A DNA stretch of 63,082 nt, the filler included. It is 14 parts of 14 records of this genome, joined end to end, with 100 filler letters (N's around TTAATTAATTAA, not from the genome) between each part and the next. Parts side by side here need not be neighbours in the genome. Positions count along the whole stretch, not along the records: positions 52,294 to 63,082 come from SRR15195285_5654; 13 more parts are not named here. The stretch is one strand, 5' to 3'. Position 1 is the stretch's first letter. The number at the start of each line of letters is the position of its first letter. The translations under genes and the position numbers were made by a program. This document shows, in pieces, positions 54,614-63,082 of this stretch. Under the pieces are notes generated by a model. It did not search any database and was not told the origin of the DNA. It saw only the letters and a program-made list of their open reading frames with translations.

Positions 54614-57541
54614 TCACTTGCCTGCCTTTGTTAGGTTGGTCCAGTAGCCCACAAGCAGTTCCTTGAAGGTCGTCGCATCGACAATCTGGTTCAAAAACCG
54701 CGCCTGGACACCCTTGAAGCGGAACCCATCCACTAGACCCTCGAGAGACGCCCAGTCCGCAGCTAGGACCGTCGCTTCTGCGAGTGCTGCTGCGTGACCG
54801 TCTTGAATGTACTCAAGTAGAGTCTTCCTTTGGCTTGCAACACCATTAGTCAGGCTGTCGTCACGTTCAGTCGCGAGCCGCCAACGTCCATGCCTACTAC
54901 CACCACCATTTTCTGTACCATTGCCGATGTCATAAACAAGCGGTGTCTGCCATGGCAGGTTGTGAAAAAATCCCATCAGCTCAAGTGGCGTTGTACCTGG
55001 CTTCTCTAGCTGCTCGCGCAACAGTGGCGAGTACATGGATGCGTAGCCTGTGCCAGTCGTAGCTGAGCGATCGCATCCAAATCCATGCTGCGTTGCATTA
55101 TTCCACCCAAACGCGGTGCACGGATCCAACCAGTAGTGATCAGCAGCAGGTCCCGTCCCTCCTGTGTGCGGCTCAACGCAATCAAAAACTTCATCTGGCC
55201 GTGTTCGTCTCATCGGACAGATCAGCTGTGGGCAATTTGCGCCTTTGCCGTCATTGTACGTGCTGTTCAACCATTTGCCTGTGCAAGGCCCACCTCCTCC
55301 TACAGAAGCGCATTGTGCACAAGCACGGTCCGTATTCGTGCCACCTCCCGCCTCGAGGAAGCCAACACCTAACGGAGACGTGTAGCCCTCAAATACCTGC
55401 CACGAACGCTCGAGAATCGAAGTGACTGTTGACACCACAGTGTCTAGCGGAGCATCTAGCTCAGACAACGGGGGAAATGTCATAGCAGTCCATTCAGCAT
55501 TGATCTCAGCCGAACTGAGTGTTGGGTCCCAGCCCAATCTACCGCAACCATACGTATTGCTTGCAACGAGTACTGAACCAGTCCAGTTTGCCCAGTTGCC
55601 TAGATTTGATATGCACGCCATGCCATGCCCCCTTGCGCCTGGCAGTTCTCCGGACAGCAGCCGTCCAATGGTCGACCCAACACCCCACCAAAGTGTGTCC
55701 CAGTTCATGTAATAGCTCCACATTTTCGTTAGAGAGACAACATGAATGCCTTGGCCTGTGTACTCTTGTGTGGCTTGAGTTTCCATCATAACATTAGTAT
55801 GTTTTAGTCCACCTAGCAATGGGTGCAGCGGCTCTCTGACTTGGAAATCCATGGGACCATTCTTAATCTGCACCACAACATTTTCATCAAACTTGCCGTC
55901 CAACGGCATAAATGTGTCAAATGATTGCCGTGCCAAGTCCTCTGCTGCAATTTCTCCATCCCCGTAGACAAATGCTCGCCACATCACAAGGCCATTGTGA
56001 GGTGCGACGGCTCTAGCCAGGAGATTTGCGCCATCGGCCTCGGTGCGATTGTACGACTGGGGGCCAGAGTTCCCCTCGCTATCCGCCTTTACCAAAAAAC
56101 CACCAAAACCTGGCCACTGCTCCCAGATCTCGTCCGCCTTATCTGCCCACCATTTTTCAGCCAGTGGGCTGAGTGGATCGGTGGTGACGTTGTTGAATAC
56201 AGTCGGCGCAGCGTAACAGACTGAGAGATAAGGTGTCAGCCCCCAGCGCTCAAACAGAGGGGCAAGATTGATCGTCACGTTCTTGAGGAATGGCGTGTCG
56301 ATGCTCTGCGTGTCGATGCCGCAAGAGTTGACATCTTCGAGTGCCACACCATTCATCCCAGCGGATTTAAGCAGACGCAGCATGTCCGAGACCCTCGCTT
56401 TATATCGCCCATCCCATGGGTCGTCTGTGCCAGGTGGGGGAGGCTGGCTGCGGTCAAATGTCAAGCAAGCACCTGACAGAACATCTGGTTTGGTGTGCAG
56501 TGCCCCGGTGGTTCTGTCGTGCACAAACTGCTGATGAAGGTAGTCGCGATCCGAGCGGGGATGGCACTCCCAAAGATCAATGTCAGGGCCAGTGCCACCA
56601 TTCAGATCCAGACATGCGCCTGGTAAGCCGTGCCCGGCAGCGCCTTCCGATCCCTTGGCCACTGAGACAGTTGTGTTGCTGGAATTGTAGAGGAATAACG
56701 CGGCGCCCTTACCGCACGTGCCAGCAGTCGTCGGATCGCCTACAAGGGTGCCGAGGCACGTATTTGTCCCGAGGTTTTTAATAGTGGACGGCTTGCCGCT
56801 GCCCGCAGCAGTTAGTGTGCCACCCTCCCAGCTTTGATATGGGTCGCTCGTGTTGCACTTCGCCAGATACAGTTGCTTGCGCGGTGGTGGCCTGGCGTCG
56901 TCAAAGAGAGCGAAGGGCCAGATTAAAGAGCGACCGGCAAAACCACGCGTGATGCTTCCGTCTAGCTCGTCCCAAAGATCGAACACGCGCAGCTTCATTG
57001 CTGGGACAGAGGTAAAATTTGCTGGCAGGGGCTCGCCACGCTGCAGGTAGCTGAGAAGGCGGAAGGTGCCGTACAGCACACCGGAAGACGAGGCGGCGCG
57101 CAGAGTAACATGACCGCTTGGGCTGCGGCCAATGCGAAAGCCTTCAGAACCAAGGACTCTGTCTGTCGATGACGCGTTGCTGACGCTGACCACCAGCCGG
57201 CCCGCAGCAGCTCCGTCGTCGCTCTCTTCTGCACGTTCAACGGCAGCCACGCAGCAACTTGCTGGCACGCGCTGGCCGAGTAAGCCTGACAGGCCCCGTT
57301 CCAGCTCCGCAGTTGCGGCCCGAAGCTGGGCCAGCGTCGCACTAGTGGGCTGCGCACCGTCGGCGCTGACGGAAATGCCGCCACCGAGCGCCTGTCGGTA
57401 GCTGAGCAGCCGTGGCCTGTGGGCGACCTGCGGGTAGCGTAGCCACAGCGGGTCGACGCCACCAGGAACCGCCGGTTGGGGCTGAGCTGGCTCCGCTACC
57501 AGCGCTGCCGACAGGCTCAGAAGCTGCAGAACCGTCGCCAT
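54614..57541 (-). CDS. Secreted GH67 alpha-glucuronidase with inserted ricin-B lectin domain, intronless
   Basis: Signal peptide; LWLRY, GFAGRS, FLVKADSEG, DGANLLARA, WRAFVY, QIKNGPMDFQVREP, QEYTGQ and FFHNLPW. Confidence 0.93.
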   Translation of the reverse strand: MATVLQLLSLSAALVAEPAQPQPAVPGGVDPLWLRYPQVAHRPRLLSYRQALGGGISVSADGAQPTSATLAQLRAATAELERGLSGLLGQRVPASCCVAAVERAEESDDGAAAGRLVVSVSNASSTDRVLGSEGFRIGRSPSGHVTLRAASSSGVLYGTFRLLSYLQRGEPLPANFTSVPAMKLRVFDLWDELDGSITRGFAGRSLIWPFALFDDARPPPRKQLYLAKCNTSDPYQSWEGGTLTAAGSGKPSTIKNLGTNTCLGTLVGDPTTAGTCGKGAALFLYNSSNTTVSVAKGSEGAAGHGLPGACLDLNGGTGPDIDLWECHPRSDRDYLHQQFVHDRTTGALHTKPDVLSGACLTFDRSQPPPPGTDDPWDGRYKARVSDMLRLLKSAGMNGVALEDVNSCGIDTQSIDTPFLKNVTINLAPLFERWGLTPYLSVCYAAPTVFNNVTTDPLSPLAEKWWADKADEIWEQWPGFGGFLVKADSEGNSGPQSYNRTEADGANLLARAVAPHNGLVMWRAFVYGDGEIAAEDLARQSFDTFMPLDGKFDENVVVQIKNGPMDFQVREPLHPLLGGLKHTNVMMETQATQEYTGQGIHVVSLTKMWSYYMNWDTLWWGVGSTIGRLLSGELPGARGHGMACISNLGNWANWTGSVLVASNTYGCGRLGWDPTLSSAEINAEWTAMTFPPLSELDAPLDTVVSTVTSILERSWQVFEGYTSPLGVGFLEAGGGTNTDRACAQCASVGGGGPCTGKWLNSTYNDGKGANCPQLICPMRRTRPDEVFDCVEPHTGGTGPAADHYWLDPCTAFGWNNATQHGFGCDRSATTGTGYASMYSPLLREQLEKPGTTPLELMGFFHNLPWQTPLVYDIGNGTENGGGSRHGRWRLATERDDSLTNGVASQRKTLLEYIQDGHAAALAEATVLAADWASLEGLVDGFRFKGVQARFLNQIVDATTFKELLVGYWTNLTKAGK

Positions 57542-58257
57542 CGACGCCCGATCGTGATGCGTGGTCCGCACACCAAGAGACGCAGAGGGTCTCGCGCGTC
57601 AACACGCGGCAGCGCGCGCGCGCGCGGTTCCCCACACCGAATTTTTAAGTGTCGTCGGTAATTTTGGTGTTTCGAGTGTTGTGTTAAATTCTGACCCAGC
57701 CTGCTGTGAGCGACGGGAAGCGCGGGAACCCCGTTGGTGAACCTGGTGAATTTCATTGCCAGTACGTTCTAAGTACTAGAATACATGTAGACAGCTGTAC
57801 TTCGAGTAGGAACTTCCTACTGGTACGTGGGCCGGGGTTCTCCCTGCATGCCCACAGTGCCCGGGTTGAGGGTGTCTGCACCCGTCTGGTGACTTTATCA
57901 GGACTCGCGCGGGAGTCAGCAGGCACAGTCACGAGTCAGCGCCGCGCGCGCGCGCCTGTGGTGCGTGCCAGCGCAGTCACGGTGCCAATTGCGTTGACGC
58001 TGCCATGGGCACGTGCCTAGTGGTCTGTGGGCGCGGTACTGGTAGCATCAAACGACTCAGGCCCCAGCCAGGCCTTCTTCGGCCCCTGCTGCACAGCAGA
58101 CAGTAAACTGCAGAGGGCGCGTACAAGTAACCCCCAGTCGTTTCGACACCCGCCGCGGGGCCGAGTGACAGCAAGAGCGGGCACCCAGTGAGCCCCGGTG
58201 AGCCAGCGCAGCGGAGGCACGGCGAGCGCGAAGGGCTGGTGGAGTTGGCCTCCCTGG

Positions 58258-59807
58258 ATGGTTCGCAACCGGCAACGCCGAGCCTGTCGGCGTGACGCAC
58301 ACTGCGGCGGCAGCAGCATCAGCTGGCTTGGGCGGCTCGCGGCGCGCGCTGTGTCGTTAGCGCTCGTGGCTGCGGCGGCTGCCGGGGCACAGACGGCGGA
58401 TGGGGCTGCGCTTGTCGGAGTAGATCCGGAGGACGAGACGTACAGAGGTCTCGGTCCTGGCGATACGTTCGTATGTTCGGACGGCAGCGTCACAGCGGTG
58501 CCTTTCGAGCGGTTGAACGACAGGTTCTGTGACTGCCGCGATGGCTCAGATGAGCCAGGCACCGGCGTGTGCCAGGGTGACGGCGGCAGATTCTTCTGTC
58601 CTAACACTGGGTTCAAACCGGAGCGCCTGTTCGCATCGCGAGTCAACGATGGTATCTGCGACTGCTGTGATGGCTCGGACGAGTACGACAGTGGGACCAG
58701 GTGTCCAAGCACATGTGCGCAGATGGCCGCGGAATGGAACGCGGAGGCCGACGCGTGGGCGGCGGTGGTGACAGCGGGAATAGCTGCCAAGCAGTCGTAC
58801 ATTGAAGAAGCCAGCGAAGCGTTCGGAACGCTGAAGAAGCACTTGCGGGACATTGGCCGGCACATCAAGGAGCAGACGGCGTGCGCGGCTGCTCATGCTG
58901 CAGCAGCAGCTGAGGAACAGGCGACGAGTCTCCAGCCTGACAGTGCTGACGATGAGGCAGACGATGGAGGCGATGACAGTACCAGGGACAAGGATGCTGT
59001 GGCTCTTGATGCTAGCTGCGAGTTGGACGAAGAAAAACTGGAAATGCTCCTGGGCAAGCAAAAGGAACTCCGCAGTCACATTACAGTATTCGGTGCGGAT
59101 TTTGCTTGGTATCCTCTGATGCAGAAGTGCGTTGAGTTGAACAATACGCAGAGTGGCGAGTACATCTACGGTGCGCAACGAGGCCGTCGCGTTCTTTCTT
59201 CGTTGCCGTATCGACTTGCCTGTGTGGATATTTGTATGCTTATCTATGCTTGATTTACTCACTCAATCGTTCGCCCAATGCCGTGCACTCTGCACAGCCG
59301 TATGCCCATTTGACAAAGTCGTGCAGGCCAAGCCCGACCGCAGCAATGTCGTCATCCTGGGACAGTTCGCTCGGTGGGCGAAAGGAACCGAGCCGAAGCG
59401 AAAAGTGATGCTTTTCGGACAGGGCGAGCGCTGCTACAATGGACCACTTCGATCGACAAAGGTCGAGGTAGCATGTGGTCCAGTTGACAAAGTGGAAAGC
59501 ATTTCTGAGCCTGGCATGTGTCAGTAAGTACACGTGGCTCTGCGGCCACAAATGAGCCCGGATGATAGACGCCGTTAGCACCTTGGATGCTGATGCTCTT
59601 GTCATCCTGTTGCACTGCTACAGGTACGAGATGCGAATGACTACACCGGCTGCCTGCGACGAGTCACTCTTGCGTGTGAGGTACGGGCCAGACGGGCCGG
59701 TGGCAGGCGGCAATCTAGAGGGATTGGACAGCGACACAGCGCCAGATGGTGGCGACACCACTGCAAGTGATGTCGATGCTCAGGGCAAGAGCAAACAAGA
59801 GCTGTGA
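58258..59807 (+). CDS. PRKCSH: Glucosidase II beta subunit; introns ~59171-59297 and ~59524-59623
   Basis: NDRFCDCRDGSDEPGTG.C, SRVNDGICDCCDGSDE and MRH domain (CPF..V.Q, G..CYNGP.RS, EP..C.Y...TPAAC); C-terminal KQEL resembles an ER-retention signal. Confidence 0.93.
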
Positions 59808-59863
59808 CTTGCTCCGTACATAGCACTCTCTATTCACGTGACGCGCTCTCTGTGTCTTGTCCT

Positions 59864-62800
59864 CTATGTCGTGCCGTCTGAAGCTCCAGCATACACCTTT
59901 GCTAGTACGAGAATCATCAGCTGAAGCGCACACCACGTCACGAGTGCACTGTTTGCGGTGCACCTCGAATGCCCCGGCAGAACTGAAATGCCCTCGACCC
60001 TGCTCGCTGCTTGCACATGCATGATGAATTCACGGACCTTGCCCCCACTCTCCGTAGGTCTAGGCATTCCGAGATCTAAGCTTTCGTACTCCGTGCCGAC
60101 GTGCTCGGCCTCAGTCAGGAGCCGATGTGCCGAGCGTAAAGTTTCGTGGGTAAACGCGGTCGTCGTCAGGCCTGCACTGAGGAGCACGATCAACAGAACC
60201 AATGACTCCACGAATGCAAGCAACACCCAGGCCACATGTGTCGTCGAGATGGCCTGCAGAACTGCGAAGAAATTTCCCAGCACGCAGCTAGTACAGCAAA
60301 CTAAGTTGTACGTGGCCCACGCGCTCGACACTGCTCGCATGTCCTGAGCGAGCATGTACAGCCCTTTCCAAGCGTTTCCATTATGGATGGTCTCCTGGTT
60401 GATCTGGTCACGACCAAAGCGTATGATATCATTGCGCAGCAACGCATTGACAGTAGCCCACAGGCACGGCATCATGAGCACGTAAACCCACGCGAATAGG
60501 GCGCAGCATGCTATCCAGATTGCCCAAAGCCAGTGCAAGTGCCTATCTGGTGTCATCGATCGCAATGTAAACAGGTAGCTTACATACCAGGCGAGAGACA
60601 GACAGATTGAGAATAGTAGTGCTGCAACTGCAATCATTGTATACCGATGTTGCGTTGCCTTCGAATCTTTCACAATACCCAGTGTGAGAATCGGTCGTGT
60701 AGCAAACCATTGCAGCAGCACATCACAGTGCTGTGACAAGTGCCTGATCATGAAAAAATATCCAGAAGTGGACAGTGTAGCGAAGCAAAGAACCGCAAAA
60801 ACCCCGCTCGCTTGCCGAACGATCAGCATATCCAGGAGAACCGGCAGGCACAACGTGAACAAAAGAGGTATAGCTGTGTGCTGAGCTCGGCGCAGATGGC
60901 GTTGCTTGATGACGCGCGCGGCCGATTGCTTTTTGCCCTCAAGCGAGCATCGCGTCTCGACAGTATCAACAATCCGAGCAACCACTGACAAGACTTCGTC
61001 GTCGAAAAAATCGTAAGCGTGCCCAACAACCGTTGAGATTCCACCAGTCTCAGCCTCCAACCCTGGCTCCGGCTCAGGCACTGACTCCAGCTGGCCCTCG
61101 GGCTTCAGCTCCAGCTCAGTGTTGCCTTCGGACTCTGGCTCCGACTCCAGCTCAGATTCAGGCTCAGGCTCGGGCTCGGGCCCGGCCTCAACCCTGTGCC
61201 TAGGTTGCACTTTTCGCTGTGGCACATAGTCAGCTGCTAACTGGTCGTGGTCGACGAAACCTACTCCCAATAGAATGGCGCACAAGCCCCTCAAAGCTGG
61301 TAATTTATCACGAACGGCATCGGCAACAGCTGCTGAATTGACCTGGTCTGGCAAGCGATAAACCTCGACCGGTGGTGTCCGTGCGGCCCGTGCCTCCGCT
61401 AAGATCGCATCATATCTGAGCTCAGCCGCGCAATCTTCTCCTGCGGCTTGAAATGCTACAGCGCCACGCGCGCTCAGTGGCTGAGCATACCGTTTGACAG
61501 CATGTGTCACTTTCCATCGATCCTGTGCTTTCAGCTGCTTGCGTGTGGCAGTTTCTTCATCCTCTTTCGCCTTCTGTTTTGCTGCCTTCTTGGCCGCCTT
61601 CTTCTGTGCTGCCAGCCCTTTGCGATTCAGTGGCTGCTCACTGTCCAATGTCGGTGGTACAGGTGCCGGCAAATCAGCCAGCTGTATATCTGTCTCCACT
61701 GCAGATTGCTCATCACCACTGCTCTGACGTAGATCGTTGTCTAGAGATGCATCATCCATTATAGCGGATTCTGCACCATCTTCGTCCCACTGACTCCAGG
61801 CCCTCTTGTGTGAGTGGTCTACTGACAGCTCCGATTCAGACACGTCATCGCAACCACTGGTCGTGTCAGGCTCTGCTGTCAGAAGTATAGGAGTCTCCTC
61901 ATCAGCACCAGTAGCTGGACGAGGGAGAGGAGGTGCTGATGTGTTTGCTTGCTGCCCTGCAGCTTCGGCAGCTTTCAGGCGCTTGGCCTCTGCTTTCTGA
62001 GCATGTTTTGCCTCAGCTTTCAGGCGCTTGGCCTCTGTCTGCTTCTGCTTTTTCTGTAGTTTTGCGGCATCCTTCTCCGCCTTTTTCAGGATCGCTGCAT
62101 CCTTTTTTGCCTGCTTCGCGGCAAGCTTTGCTGCTTTGACGGCTTCTTTTGCGGCAGCTTCTTTGGACTCTGCGATACTCACACCGTCGACTGCGTCTAC
62201 TTCTGGGGCATCTGCGACAGGCGAATTGTCGCTTCTGCCAATAGGTGTGGTCAACTGAATTGTCGGTTCGTGTTGGAACGACACTAGTGGCTCTCGTACT
62301 ACCACCGGGGGGTCTGCGAGTGTATTCCTGCTCACGGTCGGGCTAATCCAATCCGCTGCGGGGGACGCTTGCACTCCTGTAGCAGTGCCGACTATTCGGC
62401 TCAGGTCAAGCGGCGGCGGAGCCTGCTGTTCCTCACCTGCTCCGACCTCGGCGTCGATCCTGGATGCTGTACAGAATCGCTGCAGCAGCACGTTTGTCTG
62501 CCCTGCTCGTCGTCCTGCGGCAATGTCTGCAGCAGTCGTCACCGTTCGCTGACCATCATCGGAAACGACCTGCTCTACCGCTGTGATGACGCGCTCGAAA
62601 TACAGCAGCTTGCGCTGCGCGATTCGTGCCTTGGCTGCAGGATCAGGCGGTTTGTCAACCTTACCGCTGACCGCCTCCAGCGCCAAACGACCCGCGTCGT
62701 CACGGAATAGGTTCGCGCCAAACCCAGTTTCTGCGCTAACGGAGCTAATGATGCGGTATAGGAATGCCAGTTTCGGTCGCTGAAGCCTGTCCCTCGTTGG

Positions 62801-63082
62801 CTGGCAGCGTGCGAAGGCTGCATCGCTTAGAGTGGCGCGAAGAGCTGATATGGTGTCCTGAATAGTGTTCTCGAGGCGACTGCGTGCTTGTGCACGAGCA
62901 GCTTCCTGAAGCTGCCCCTCGCGCTCAGCGTCGCTGATCGCCTCTCCAACCACTGGATTAGCAGCTGCTGCATCAAACGCTTCGACGCGCTCGAGCCGCG
63001 CCGTGGCCGCCGCCACCGCGGTGTCGCTGTCGTCCGCTCGCGTTTGCAGCTGCTGCTCAGGCTCAGGCTCAGGCTCAGGCTC
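59864..63082 (-). CDS. Large protein: IFT54/MIP-T3-like N-terminal domain, low-complexity linker and ~7-TM C-terminal region; 5'-truncated
   Basis: More than 1050 aa, open to the window end; RPKLAFLYRII..V..ETGF..NLF...K..YF...I.AG....TN.LLQ; seven hydrophobic segments at the C-terminus. Confidence 0.75.
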   Translation of the reverse strand, partial: EPEPEPEPEQQLQTRADDSDTAVAAATARLERVEAFDAAAANPVVGEAISDAEREGQLQEAARAQARSRLENTIQDTISALRATLSDAAFARCQPTRDRLQRPKLAFLYRIISSVSAETGFGANLFRDDAGRLALEAVSGKVDKPPDPAAKARIAQRKLLYFERVITAVEQVVSDDGQRTVTTAADIAAGRRAGQTNVLLQRFCTASRIDAEVGAGEEQQAPPPLDLSRIVGTATGVQASPAADWISPTVSRNTLADPPVVVREPLVSFQHEPTIQLTTPIGRSDNSPVADAPEVDAVDGVSIAESKEAAAKEAVKAAKLAAKQAKKDAAILKKAEKDAAKLQKKQKQTEAKRLKAEAKHAQKAEAKRLKAAEAAGQQANTSAPPLPRPATGADEETPILLTAEPDTTSGCDDVSESELSVDHSHKRAWSQWDEDGAESAIMDDASLDNDLRQSSGDEQSAVETDIQLADLPAPVPPTLDSEQPLNRKGLAAQKKAAKKAAKQKAKEDEETATRKQLKAQDRWKVTHAVKRYAQPLSARGAVAFQAAGEDCAAELRYDAILAEARAARTPPVEVYRLPDQVNSAAVADAVRDKLPALRGLCAILLGVGFVDHDQLAADYVPQRKVQPRHRVEAGPEPEPEPESELESEPESEGNTELELKPEGQLESVPEPEPGLEAETGGISTVVGHAYDFFDDEVLSVVARIVDTVETRCSLEGKKQSAARVIKQRHLRRAQHTAIPLLFTLCLPVLLDMLIVRQASGVFAVLCFATLSTSGYFFMIRHLSQHCDVLLQWFATRPILTLGIVKDSKATQHRYTMIAVAALLFSICLSLAWYVSYLFTLRSMTPDRHLHWLWAIWIACCALFAWVYVLMMPCLWATVNALLRNDIIRFGRDQINQETIHNGNAWKGLYMLAQDMRAVSSAWATYNLVCCTSCVLGNFFAVLQAISTTHVAWVLLAFVESLVLLIVLLSAGLTTTAFTHETLRSAHRLLTEAEHVGTEYESLDLGMPRPTESGGKVREFIMHVQAASRVEGISVLPGHSRCTANSALVTWCALQLMILVLAKVYAGASDGTT

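Noticed and set aside
4330-57541. Polysaccharide-utilisation gene cluster (GH27, GH67, GH141-like, sulfatases, MFS)
   Set aside because: The genes lie on different, arbitrarily joined contigs; only the arylsulfatase and the MFS share a contig.

Overview
This window is not one continuous locus. It is 14 short contigs from a GC-rich eukaryote, joined by 13 identical artificial 100-nt spacers (44 N + TTAATTAATTAA + 44 N), so adjacency across spacers is not evidence of linkage. The organism is a flagellated protist with short introns (about 60-190 nt, almost all GT-AG). It has flagellar/centriolar genes (WDR63/DNAI3-like, CCDC15-like, an IFT54-like domain), class I-type PI3K, TFIIIC Tfc4, a prenyl diphosphate synthase, glucosidase II beta, and many secreted polysaccharide enzymes (GH27, GH67, GH141-like, a beta-helix protein, two sulfatases), several carrying lectin modules. 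The three most unusual observations are: (1) a DIRS/Ngaro-type tyrosine-recombinase retrotransposon whose recombinase has a C-terminal Cys-His-Asp papain/Josephin-like protease domain, an I-x-x-R in place of H-x-x-R, and an RT with a ~90-aa palm insertion; (2) a protein joining an IFT54/MIP-T3-like microtubule-binding domain to a gustatory-receptor-like 7TM region; (3) hairpin-dense non-coding segments next to both retroelement fragments. All family calls come from reading motifs by eye; no searches were run.
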